A stretch of 64,000 bases of DNA from Hypanus sabinus (taxonomy: Eukaryota): positions 61,070,001 to 61,134,000 of the forward strand of contig NC_082713.1 of NCBI RefSeq assembly GCF_030144855.1, read 5' to 3'. The notes below the pieces were generated by a model. It was not told the origin of the DNA. It saw nothing but the letters and a program-made list of their open reading frames with translations, and did not search any database. Of the stretch, positions 22,940 to 35,284 are shown one piece after another. The number at the start of each line of letters is the position of its first letter. Positions within the stretch are counted from its first letter, which is position 1. Position numbers and translations under genes: made by a program.

Positions 22940-24987
22940 TTTCATTCTACCCTCAAGAATATGATTAGGACATTTTGTGTGGAAAATGATAGTGACTGGA
23001 ATGAGGGTATAAACTTACTTTTATTTGCAGTAAGGGAATCGGTACAGGAATCTTTAGGTTTTAGTCCATTTGAAATTGTGTTTGGGCATAGAGTTAGAGG
23101 ACCTTTAGCTTTATTGAAAGAACAGTGGATTACACTAATTTGTTGGACTATGTTTTGAAATTTAAGGAGAGGTTACATAAAGCTTGTAGCTTAGCTAAGG
23201 AAAATTTAAAGTTGGCTCAGGAGAAAATGAAGACTTGGTATGATAAAGAAGCTAGGATGAGGATGTTTAAGCCTGGAGATAAGGTGTTGGTTCTTTTCTC
23301 AGTGCAGACAAATCCTTTACAAGCTAGATTTCATGGTCCTTATGAAATTGTGTCTAAAATCAATGATGTGGATTACGTGATAAAAACTCCAGATCGTAGA
23401 AGGTCAACACAACTTTGTCATATAAATATGATAAAACCATATTTTGAAAAACAATCTGACACTGTGACTGTTGTGGTTAGTGAGAATGAGTTTGATTTAA
23501 CTAGGAACATGATAGATGATTCCTCTGACTTTCATTCTAAATCCAACATTGTTTCTGTGAGGTTACCAAATTCAACCATTCTGGAAAATATTGATGAGAA
23601 ATTAGCACATTTACAGTTAGAGCAGAAACAACAGATGAAGGAGTTAATTTTTAAATATAAGGAGTTGTTTCCAGATGTTCCGAGACAGACTACTATAGCT
23701 TCACATGATGCAGATGTTGGAGATGCCAAACCTATTAAACAACATCCATATAGGATGAACATGGAAAAATGTGAACTTGCTGAGAAAGAAATTGAATATA
23801 TGATAGAGAATAATATCATTAGACATTCTAACTCGAATTGGAGTTCGCCATGTGTTATGGTGCCAAAACCAGATGGTAGTATTAGGTTGTGTATGGATTA
23901 TAGGAAGGTGAATGCTGTAACGAAAACAGATGCATATCCAATTCCTAGAGTCGATGATTGTGTAGATAAAGTTGGAAAAGCAAAGTTCCTTCCAAAGATT
24001 GATTTATTGAAAGGGTATTGGTGTGTTCCATTAACGGACAGAGGTAGAGAGATTTCTGCATTTGTAACTCCATCTGGGTTATATGAGTATAATGTTCTTC
24101 CATTTGGGATGAAGAATGCCCCAGGTACTTTCTAGAGGATGATTAACTCTGTGATTCAGGGATTGAAAGATACTGATGCTTATATTGATGATTTAGTGAC
24201 AGGAAATGATACTTGGGAAGCACACATTATTGCAATGGAGAAATTGTTTGAAAGGCTTTCAAAAGCTAACTTAACTATTAATTTAGCTAAGAGTGAATTT
24301 GGACATGCCACTGTGACTTACCTTGGTTATGTTGTGGGTCAAGGTAAGGTAGCTCCTGTTCAGGCAAAAGTTCAGGCAATTTTAGAGATTCCGACTCCAA
24401 CGGGGAAAAAAACTCTCAGAAGATTTTTGGGAATGGTAGGATATTATCGAAAATTTTGTAAAAGTTTTGCTAATGATGCCCTTCCATTAACTAACCTTCT
24501 GCAGAAGAATGAGAAGTTTGTGTGGACAGTGCCTTGTCAAGAAGCATTTGAAAAATTGAAAACAATGATATGTCAACAACAAGTGCTTAAGGCACCTGAC
24601 TTTGGAAAACCTTTTTCATTAGCTGTAGATGCTAATGATGAGGCTGCAGGAGCAGTATTAATGCAAAGGAACGAGGGTGATGAGGTTGATCATCCAGTAG
24701 CTTACTTTTCTAAGAAATTTAATAAGCATCAAAGAAACTATTCGACAATAGAGAAAGAATTGTTATCTCTTGTTTTAGCTTTGGAATATTTTGAGGTATA
24801 TGTTGGTACAACTCAAAAACAATTTATTGTTTACACTGATCATAATCCATTAGTTTTTCTGAGTAAGATGAAAAACAAAAACAGAAGATTATTAAATTGG
24901 AGTTTGATGTTACAAGAGTACAATATTGTGATAACTCATATTAAAGTAAAGATAATGTGGTTGCTGATTGTCTATCTCGATGTTGAA
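22940..24987 (+). pseudogene. pol: Gypsy pol remnant in the order integrase - RT - RNase H
   Basis: IN: FHSTLKNMIR..LLFAVRES..GFSPFEIVFG..GPL and ARFHGPY. RT: WSSP..DYRKVN..PFGMKNAP..YIDD. RNase H: LAVDA..YSTIEKELL..TDHNPL. Frameshifts near 23130 and 24945; TAG at 24133-24135. Confidence 0.93.
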
Positions 24988-25181
24988 TGTGCAATGCAAT
25001 TTTTTTATGGAGTGTATTTTTTTCAATTGTAACACTCCTACTGTATTGTGAGTTATAAGCTGTTATATGATGGTATTGCATATTGTGTATGTTATAAAAT
25101 TTATACCGTTGTTTTTCTTGTAAGCAATTGTTAAAAATTTTTGTTCTTGTCAGACCAAAAATGTTTTTTTTTGGAGGGAGG

Positions 25182-26025
25182 TGTTACGTACTCATGACAC
25201 ATGACAGTGGTACCCTTGTCACGTGACTGGGGTTGAAGCTTTACTGGACTTGAGGTAATGGTCTTGTGATGGTGGAGTGACGTCATTTTCCCGCCAGTAG
25301 AGATCATGTGACAGGTTTTTTTTACAGGTTATAAAAGGAAGACCCCACCCTGTGAGGAGGGGCAGTTCGTGGCTGGATTTGCCAAGTTGACTTCATGCCA
25401 CTGCGTGATTTAAGTGATGACGCAGTTTAGTTGAAGGATGAAGTTTTATCTGATGCCTAAAGTTTAAAAGGTCATTGCCAGCAGGTTCTTTACAATACTG
25501 CTAGTTTGAGAATCAGTGGAGAGTGAAGATCAAAGTTCGGGAGTTAAAGATCGAGGAGAATTGCTTTCTATGGTGAAATGGGTTTCGACCTTTGTTTGAT
25601 CCTTATACGGAAGGATTTCGTTGACTATCTTCACGTTAATCCCTGGGTTTACCAGAAGGGATTGAGGATAGTGAGGAAGGAAAGGTCAGTGCCTTTAAGC
25701 CGTTTCGTTTCATAAATTCTTCGTGGGAAAAGTTTGACGTCGGAGATCGAAGCAAAGCGACGTGAAAGAGAATTTAAATCGTCTTATAAAGTCTTTCCTT
25801 TTAAATGGTCTGTGAGCATATCGAACTTTTGGCAATACCACTTTAAAGAACTGTTTTTGCAATATCGCTTTAAGAACTGTTTGGGCTGCCGCACAGCAGC
25901 TGTTTCCGGTTACGTTAGTGTTTGTTTACTTTTGGGGGTTTGTTTTCTGTGTTTAATAAATGTGTTGTTTGTTATAAAAAACCCTTGCCTAACTCATATA
26001 TTTATTATTGCCTGAATACGTAACA
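25182..26025 (+). repeat. 3' LTR (844 bp) of the Gypsy element
   Basis: TGTTACGTA...TACGTAACA perfect 9-bp inverted termini. CRE TGACGTCA 25278-25285, TATAAAA 25330-25336, AATAAA 25955-25960. First ~165 bp differ from the 5' LTR by 4 substitutions and one T in a run. Confidence 0.95.
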
Positions 26026-28299
26026 ATAGAAACATATAGTAAATGACTTCTGCAACTGACTTTCAGCCACCAGTCTTCAGATCCAAATTTGAATTGTAGA
26101 TTAAATTTAAAATTCAGCTCTGAACAATGGATTCCTATTAACCATGGACAAAGTTAATTGGAAGACCAGATAATGCTAATTTAAGTTTGTTATTTGTGTG
26201 TATTTGGTTTCTGTAGAATGGGTGTGAAGAGGGAGGTGTGAAGGTGGCATGTATTTCAAAGGAAACATTGTAAATATGGAATTGTCCTGAATTTTTCTTT
26301 GGTCTTTGACTACAAAAGGCTGTCAATCTATTTGTGAGGATATGTATCAAATAAAGGGACTATTCTTTATATCTAGCAACTACATTTCTCCGGAGACTTT
26401 GTTCACTCAACAACAAACACTACCTGCCCCTGCACCTACTGCATCTTTGTATCATCAGCAGACTTGGTCACGAAGCCATTAATTCCATCATCTAAATTAC
26501 TGACATATAATATGAAAGGAAATTGTCCCAACACTAACCATTGCAGAGCAGCACTAGTCACCAGTAGCCAGTCAGAAAAGGTTCCCTTTATTCACACTAT
26601 TTTCTTCCTGCCAGACAACCAATCTTCTACCCATGCTAGTATCTTTCCTATACCATCATGAACTCTTATCTTATTAAGCAGCCTCATGTACAGCACCTTG
26701 TCAAATGCATTCTGAAAATCCAAGTAAACAACATCCACTGACTCTCCTTTGTCTATCCTGCCTGTTATTTCCTTAAAGAACTCCAGCAGAGTTGTCAGGC
26801 AAGATTTCCACTTAATGGAACTATGCTGACTTTGGTTTACTTTATCATGAGCCTTCAAGTAGTCTTAAACCTCATCCTTAATAATGCATTCCGAATCTCC
26901 CCAACCACTGGAATGGCTTATAATTTCCTTTCTTCTGTTCCCCCCATTCTTATAGAGTGGAGTGATATTTGCAATTTTCCAATCCTCCAGAATTGTTCAA
27001 GAATGTATGGATCATTACTAATGCCTCCAACATCTCTACAGCTACCTCTTTCTGAACCTTGGAGTGTAGTCATTCTGATCCAGCTGACTTACCTACCGTC
27101 AGACTTTTCAGCTTCCCAAACACATTCTTGACAGTAATAACAACTGTACACAGTTCCCCACCCCACCACCAACACTTTTGAATTGTTGGCGTACTGCTAG
27201 TGGTTTCTGCAGTGAAAAATGACACAAAATGCTTCTTAGGTTTGTCTGCCATTTCTTTGTTCTCACATTACTATACCTCCAGTGTCATTTTCTAGCAGTC
27301 CAACATCCACTCTCACCTCTCTTTTATTCTTCATATTTCATCTCTATATTCCTTAAGGCATTTTAGTTGCCTTCTGTTGTTTTTCAAAAGCTTCCCAAAC
27401 CTCTAGTTTCCCACCAATAGATATCCAGCTGAGAACCTACACTGGAGAAAAGTTAACATCTGTGCGAATTATATTTGTAAGAGAGAAATACGATAACAAA
27501 TCCTACAAGCCATTTTGTATGCGGTAAAAACAGGATGTGGGGACATGATTGGCTAAGACAACTACAATTTGATTGGAGGTCTATCCACCATTGTTGAGGG
27601 AAATGGCCACAATGGTACTCTGCACTGGCTATTTATCCCCTTTACCACTCCTGACAGTCACCCAGTTACCTGTGTCCTTCATCTTGGGAATAATAGTCCT
27701 GTTGACTAACACCTTGGCCTATCTAATAATGCAGAGTTCGCTCAGTTACAGCTCCAATTCCTTAACCTGCTCTGATAGAAACTGCAGATGGATGTACATG
27801 CTATTGCAGGTGTAGCCGCTGGGGACAAGGGAGATCTCCCTATCTTCCTACATCCGTAAGAGGAGCATTCCATTACCTGTCTGGCATTCTCACTGTTCTA
27901 AATGTGCAATGAGAAAGAAAGAAAAAATAAACAAAAAATCTACCTGCAGTTTTCTCCTCTCCTAAGCCTATATGAGGCCAAGCCTGAATTCTCCACTCTT
28001 ACACACACCCACTCACACAATGTCCACTCCCAAAATGGCCACTCTATTTAAACCTAACATTTTCTGTTGGCTATTGACAAGTGCTTAACTAAGCACAATC
28101 TGACGTCCCCTCAGGAACTGTGGAGGACATAATGTTCTAACTGCTCTCACTCACTTCTTTTGAACTCTCTGTCCAGCTGTGCAATTTAACATCTCCTGGA
28201 ACTGTAGCGACACTAGTATCTATAGATAGGCTTTAAGCCCATCTTCTTGAAGTCTTTGTATTTTATAAATAAATGTCTATTTGTAAGATATGTTCCCTC

Positions 28300-30200
28300 T
28301 CATGTTCCCCTTAAATTTTTACCTATGACCAAAAACCCATGACCTCTAATTGTAGCCTCACCCAACCTCAGTGCTTGCATTTACCCTATATAAACTCCTA
28401 ATAATTTTCCATATCCCTATCAAATCTCCCCTCAATCTTCTATATTCTAGGAAATAATTTCTTAACCTAATCATCCTTTCCCTATAACTCAGGTCCACAA
28501 GTCCTGGCAACATCCTTGTAAATTTTCTCTGCACTCTTTCAAACTTATTTACATTTTTCCTTTAGGTAGGTGATTAAAACTGCACACAATACTCCAGATT
28601 AGGCCTCACCTATGTTTTATACCATTACAGCCTAACTTCCAGCTCCTGTACTCAATACATTGATGTATGAAGGCCAAAGAGCTAAACACTTTCTTTACAA
28701 TCCTAGCTACCAGTGATGCCACTTTCAAGGAATTGTGGATCTGTATTTCCAAATCCTTCTGTTCTATCACACTCCACAGTGCCCTACCAATCAGCATGTC
28801 ATAGCTACCCTTCTTGGTCCTCCCAAAATGCAACACCACAGGTTTGGTTACATTAAATTCCATTTTTAGCCCATTTTTTCAGCTGATCTCGATCTCACTG
28901 CAAGCTTTGATAGTCTTCCTCACTATTCATTTCACACTCATTCTCATTGTCATCCACAAATTTGCTGATCTGGTTTACCACATTATCATCCAAATTTTAG
29001 TTATAGATGACAAACAACAATGGACCCAGCATCAAACCCTGTGGCCCATCTCTAGGCACGAGCATCTTTTGAGAAAGGTAACCATCTGCTACAGCTTTCT
29101 GGCTTCTTTCAGAAAGCCAATGTCTAATCAAGCTACTTCCTCATCTTTAATGTCAAATGACTGAATCTTTCTGACCAACTCCCCATGTGGAACCTTGTTA
29201 AAAGACTTACCAGAATCCATGTAGATGGCATCCACTGCCTTGACTTCATCAAATTTCTTGGTAACATCCTCAAAAAACTCTATAAGATCAGTTAAGACAC
29301 AATTTGCCACAAACATACTATCTTGACTACCCCTAGTAGGTCCCTGTCTTTCCAAATACTTATATACCTATCCATATACTTATATATCTAGTCCCTTAGT
29401 TCCCCCCCTCAATAATGTTTTCCCCCCCCCCCACCTCCTGATGTCTGTCTCACTGGTCTATCATTTCCTGGTTTATTCTCAAAGGTTTTCTTAAACACCA
29501 GATCAATAATACCTATCTGCCAATCCTCTAGCACTTCACCTGTGGCTAAGGATGTTTTAAATATGTCTGTGATATAGTTAAAAACCAACCCCCCCCCCCC
29601 GCCCCCCATGCAGTACCAGCAAACCTTTCCACCAGGATATTAGTCCTCCTCCAGTTCAGGAGAAAAAACATTTTTTCTTTCTTTTCAGGTCCTACCTTCC
29701 CTCAAAGAGCCCTCCTAGAACCTGAAGCTCCACCTCGCACTAACTCTGTAACTTCAATGTTAATCTGTATGATCTTTATACTTACGGCCTCACTAATGTG
29801 TGGTGTGGGTAGAAGTACTGAGATCACAACCCTAGAAGTCCCGTCCTTTAACTTAGCACCTAACTCCCTGAACTCACTTTGCAGGACTTGTTACCCATCC
29901 TACTTATGTCATTAGTACTGTTGTGGACTATGACCTCTGGCTGCTCACCCTCCCACTTAAGAACTCTGTGGACTCCATCTGAGATGTACCTGTCTCTAGC
30001 AACTGGGCAGCAATAAAACACCTCAGAATCTCATTTTCATCAACAGAACCTCCTTTCAGCTTCCCTAACCACAACTCTCCTATCACAACAGCTTGCCTCT
30101 TTCCTCCCTCCCTTCTGAGCCACAGATCCAGATTTCACATCAGAGACATGCACGCTGTGGCTTCTCTCTGCTAGGTCAACCCAACATCTGTATCTAAACC
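28300..30200 (-). mobile_element. Internally deleted CR1: ORF1 SGNH-esterase remnant (~29610-30200) plus ORF2 RT remnant
   Basis: Minus strand reads EGEQPEVIVH..TNDI and LNWRRTNILVERFA (esterase-type ORF1), LIEFFEDVTK..AIYMD..FNKVPH (29128-29355) and MEFNVTK..LHFG (28606-28863). Confidence 0.75.
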
Positions 30201-31169
30201 TGTTTGTAATAAGCATATTTGTGAAGTGATGGTATTCTGTGGAAATATTTCTAGTTTCTTGATGCAGAAAAGGTTAAAATGATTATTCCAGTAGTTTATT
30301 TAGACACTGGAGCAATCTTTTCCAATATAAAGATGTAACAACAGAAAATAAACTTGTAGGCTGTTTTGTGTGACAAGATAAAAATTAATAGCTTCCCATT
30401 TTCTACTCTCAATGATTCATTCCCTTGATGCAAAACTATGTCAGGCTCAAGAGAATTGGTGTTCAATACAGAAGTGCACTAGTGCATAAAGAATTCAGGC
30501 CAGCATTTGGTTTTAGTTGCCTGTAAATTTACTGTTGTTAGATACATCAGGTAAAGCTGCAAAAAAAAAAGGAAAAAAAACACCCAATTATTTAGTAGGC
30601 ATTTATTTTATAAAGCAACATAGCAACACAGAATGAGATACTGTATTAATTCCCACAAAGCATCTTTCTGAAAGTCACTGAGTAATTTTGTAGAATGTTG
30701 CATGTTGCCCTGTTCAATATCGCTGTTTTTTTTCATCAATGTTTATTAAGGTCAATGTCTACCACTACTTAGATTTATTTAATTATGGATAATGTGATTG
30801 TGCCCTATAAATTGAACACTGCTGATGTTATGCTCATAAAACATCACATTTTAGAAATTAAAAGATACAACTACCCAAAATTTATACTTCCACCCACAAT
30901 CATGTGAGTAGGAAATAAAAAAGAAGATTCATTGTATTTCTATTGGATTACAACAGATTTTTCACAGTGCATTTTAATCAAGAGAGCAGCATTTTATAGT
31001 TGCTCTAAACAAAGTTGTGAATTCATATGTAGCAGGTCTTATCAAATCACGTAACAAGGATAATACATATTATTTATTGTACACAATAATCCACACTGAA
31101 TGATTGAAATGGGATAAACATAAACTTGTCCAAAAGTTGAAAAAAAAATCCTATGGAACACAATAAATA

Positions 31170-31866
31170 CACACAGTGGCCACTTTATTAGGTACACCAG
31201 TGCACCTGCTCATTAATGCAAAAATTTAATCAGCCAATCATGTGGCAGCAACTCAAGATTAAGGATTATCTAATGTCATTTCCAGTACACAAGTTTCCAG
31301 CACAAATTAAACATAATAAGATAAAGAAAACAATAATAAAAATCACAATAAATAAAAACATGTAAGACAGCTTGTGTACATAGATTGGTGTATACACAGC
31401 ATAAAAGCATGCAGACATGGTCAGTAGGTTCAGTTGTTCAAACCAAACATCAGAATGGGTGAGAAATGTGACCATTGAATGATTGTTGGTACAAAATGGG
31501 ATTGCTTGAGTAACTCTGAAACTGGGATTTCTGGGCTTTTCTGGAATTTTCACGCAACAGAATCTAGTTTGCAAAAGTAGTGCAAAAAACAAAAATAAAA
31601 TCCAGTGAGTGGCAGTTATGTGGGCAGAAATGCCTTGTTAATGAAAAAGGTTGGAGGAGAATGGCCAGACTGTTTCCAGCTGACAAGAAAGCAAGAGTAA
31701 TTCAAATAATGACATGTTACAATATGGGTGTCCAGAAGAGCATCTCTGACTGCACAGTACATTTAACCTATAAGTGAATAGGCTACAGCAGCAGAAAATT
31801 GCAAACATGCACTCAGTGGCCATCTTTTTAGCTACAGCATGTACCTAATAAAGTGACCGCTGAATA
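31170..31866 (+). mobile_element. Non-autonomous Tc1/mariner element
   Basis: 27-bp imperfect TIRs CACACAGTGGCCACTTTATTAGGTACA and TGTACCTAATAAAGTGACCGCTGAATA, flanked by TA (31168-9, 31867-8). Decayed HTH region GQKCLVNEKGWRRMARL. A LINE-tail insert lies at ~31257-31399. Confidence 0.85.
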
Positions 31867-32938
31867 TAATTGCTTAGAACAACAACCAATAAACTTCAAG
31901 TTTATCCATGACAAAGCAGGCACTACCAATCTATTACACCCTCTGCCATCAGCACACTGTGGCTGCAGTGTGGATCATCTGCAATCACGTATTTTGTCAG
32001 GCTACACTGACAACACTTCCCAAACATACAACCTCATTCACCAATGGCAAGACCAGCAGATTTGTGAAGCATCAACCCCCTGAAGAGTTCCCATCAAGTC
32101 ACAGATCTTCCTGATATGGAAAGATATTGCCAGTTATTCAATGCTGTTGAGTCCTGATGCTGGGGTATATTTTTTGCCCAATAATATGATAAGTGTATCT
32201 TCATAGGAAAATCTGAAAAGGAGCAAAGCTCATGACTATTTTATCGAGCGTATTTAGGGATGGCTGGTAAATATTGTCTTGATAAAACGGCCTATAAAAC
32301 GAAAAAAAATGTAAAGATGTTGGGTTTATTTAAGGGCAAGTTATATCTGCAGTAAATTAATTCATTCATGTAAAAGCAGTTCTGTTGAAGGAACTTCAAT
32401 CAAAAATTGTAACCCTTTTTCTTTTACCACAGGTACTGCTTGGCCTGCTGAGTGAATTCAACATTTTCTGTTGATTTTCCAGTCTATAGTAATGTGTGGA
32501 TGAGGAAATACCTTTAAAATGAAGAACTTTGTGATGTCGCTTCTAATTAGAGCTAATATCAGAATTGCTGGTATTTCGGTGTTGTTTGCCTTTATTAAAT
32601 GAAATTTAGCTTGAAACTCTCACCCATTTACTCATTTTACTAAACAGCAATATGGAGAAAAAACACAAATTTTATACTATTGATAAATTTGGAATATTGT
32701 TGTCGATAATGAGGACAAAAGTAAGCAGAAAATAAGAGATAAGGAGAAATTAATGTGGTCTCTTGTTAATTCTCTAATAGTGATACCAGAAAAGTCAAAC
32801 AGTAAGTTTATATGTGTGCTTTATTAAGTTAGTTTAAGACTCAAGATGTTATGTTGCAGATATATAAAACTCCGAACTACCCACACAAAATGCTGGAAGA
32901 ACTCAGCAGGTTAAGCGGTATCTATAGAAAAGAGTAAA

Positions 32939-32976
32939 CAGTGAACATTTCAGGCTAAGACCCTTCATCAGGCCTG
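32939..32976 (-). ncRNA. Minimal type I hammerhead ribozyme motif (degenerate)
   Basis: Reverse complement is caggc-CTGATGA-agggtcttagcct-GAAA-tgtt-cactg. Core intact; stems I and III mutated. Confidence 0.55.
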
Positions 32977-33010
32977 TAGAGAAAGATGATCTTTTTTTCA
33001 TCTTTTTCTC

Positions 33011-33048
33011 CAGTCCTGATGAAGCATCTTGGCCTGAAATGTCAACTG
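33011..33048 (+). ncRNA. Minimal type I hammerhead ribozyme motif (degenerate)
   Basis: cagtc-CTGATGA-agcatcttggcct-GAAA-tGTC-aactg. GUC cleavage triplet retained; stem II weakened. Confidence 0.55.
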
Positions 33049-35284
33049 CTTTACTCTTTTCTATAAATACTGTTTTACTCTTTACATTCCACATCACATT
33101 GTGTACCAAAGGGTTTGTTCCTGTGTGTATTGATCTGTGTTCTATCTTCTATGCTCAGGGATCAAGGATAAGATTTCTCATTAAGATTTCTCTGAACACT
33201 TTGATTGGCAATTTTAATTCAGTGTTTTCATATATTCACTCATTATTATTTCACAGTTGTTGAAACATTCAATATCAGTAAAAAAACAACTATAATTAGT
33301 TAATATATTTTCTGCTTAAAGACATTCTTTAAAGATGGGAATTTCAGTGTAATAAGAACAAGTATTGTGGAACCAATAGGTATGGTGGCTGTTAAACAAG
33401 AATATTAAAACAAAACTGGTTGAGCACCACCCATTAGAAGGATCCTGCAGGACTGCCAGGAGAATGGAAGTAGTATAGAAGTATGAGGCACTATTGATCA
33501 CAATATAACCTCAAAGTGCAAGCTTGGAGATTGCCTTCAGAACTAGCCCATTCTTTTTGTGGCAAAATCTTATATATTTATATTATACTATAAATTAATT
33601 CAGTGGATAAATAATAGTTCACGTGATTGCCAAAGACAGAAGACAAGTGTATGAAAAAGGCTTTGCTATGGATGCTAGAATACCACCTGGCCTCAGAATG
33701 TCTACACTAAAAAACCTGACATCTTAATAGCATTTTGATAGAACATTTTGCAGAGGTGTGTAATTTCCTTCAAGAAGGACACTACCATGAAGGATAGCAG
33801 GGCTTGCTTGACTTGGGTGCAAGTGGATGGTGCTGGGGCTGTATATAACAGTTCTGATAGGACGTGATCTATGGAATGGAATAAAGGAGCAAAAAGGTGA
33901 AGTTGCATCTATTCAATAGAGTTTATCAAAATGCCTGCAAAAGAAGTTAATATTAATGCATTAGTGGCCTCCATATTGATTGAGGTCATTATAGTGGGCA
34001 TTGGCATTCATACAAGCCAATTGGACATGGAGTGACAAAAACAGAAAATGCTAGAAAATCTCAGCAGGTCAGACAGCATCTGCCAAATGACAAACAGTAA
34101 GTATTTCAGATCTTGAACCCTTCATCAAAAGTGGGAAAGGAAAGAAGTAGTTCAGGCCAGTCAAGTAGGTGGGCATTGCAGAAAGGAAGAGTCTGTGATA
34201 GGATGAATTAACATGACTTAATGCAGAAAGTTACCAGCACATTAAGCTTCTGTGTGCAATTATTTGTAGATGGTAACATGCTGGGACCAGTTCAGGAAGC
34301 TATTCTTATGCAAGTAAGATTAGAAAGAACTGAACAATCATAATATAAAACAGAAAATTGAAGAAGTTGGGAAAACTATGCAGGTCATGCAACATCAGTG
34401 GAAAGGGAACCAGTTATTGTTTCAGATTTGACAAAGCACATAGCATCATGTTCAAAGACAGCTTCTATCCTGCTGTTATAAGGTGATTAAATAGTTGTCT
34501 AGTATGATAATTGGACTCTGACCTTATATTCTATCTTATGATCTTGCTCCTCATTGATTATCTGCTCTGCACTTTCTCTGTAGTTGCTGCACTTTTTTCT
34601 GTATTATTATTGTTTTACATTATTCTGATTTAATGCTCTATTTAAACTATCTGCATTGTATGAATGGTATACAAGGCTATTGTACATCGGTATATGAGAC
34701 AACAATAAACCAATACCAAAATCCTTGAGAAAGACAAAAATAAGTAGACTGGGGTAGCAAGGAAATTGGCTAAAACTAGTATAATTTCTATCTTGAAGTG
34801 CAGATATGTAGGAGATGGGATAGGGCATTATGATTGTGTACTATTTGGCGTTTATATTTCTGACATTTCCAGCAAGCCATACTATACACATTGAGGAAAA
34901 GGAAAAAACTGCAAGCAAACTTGTAGTTAAGGAGAAGGAACACAATGTTAAGTTAAAGGATTTTATTTGATATTTAATCCAAAATATTGTACTGTTTCCA
35001 GATGGAGGATGTAGTGTTAGTCATCAAGCTTGGGGTGGCTCACCTTATAACAGTCAGGAGGTCACAGACAGAGAGGTCAGAGAGGGTGAAACTTAATGCT
35101 ATGCACTTGTTTGGAAAAAGTGGATGTGAACCACTGCTTCATGTGAAAATTATGTCTGCGTGGTGTGAAAGAAAGACTTTAGATGTTGAACCTGCCGTGG
35201 TTGGGGCAGTCAGAGATGGAAGAGTGAATAAGGGAGTCATTAAAGGAGTGATTCTCAATGAAATGATGTAAAGGGAGAGGAATG

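Larger units (their letters stand above)
22725..26025 (+). mobile_element. Gmr1-type Ty3/Gypsy LTR retrotransposon with a 5' internal deletion
   Basis: TG...CA termini and 4-bp TSD ATAG (22721-22724, 26026-26029). Partial 5' LTR 22725-22891, IN-RT-RNaseH remnant, PPT GGAGGGAGG 25173-25181, full 3' LTR. Confidence 0.95.
21833..28200 (-). mobile_element. CR1 LINE split by insertions (parts 21833-22708 and ~26417-27420 are ORF2; ~27570-28200 is ORF1 N-terminus and 5' end)
   Basis: LRLYKAL..EYCEQFW (22228-22527), SCLTTLLEFF..VYLDFQNAFDKV (26592-26858), and a Cys-rich/coiled ORF1-like remnant at 27700-27880. Tail gaccataagat at 21831. Confidence 0.8.
32882..33085. mobile_element. Inverted pair of Penelope-like 3' ends
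   Basis: Minus copy ~32882-32985 and plus copy ~32995-33085, each with a CTGATGA...GAAA motif. Confidence 0.75.

Noticed and set aside
24133-24135. Programmed stop-codon readthrough in Gypsy pol
   Set aside because: The TAG replaces the conserved Q of the RT motif NAP.TFQR (CAG>TAG), so it is an ordinary nonsense mutation.
29401-29610. Poly-C tracts as functional G-quadruplexes
   Set aside because: Simple homopolymer runs inside a decayed CR1, with no independent evidence of function.
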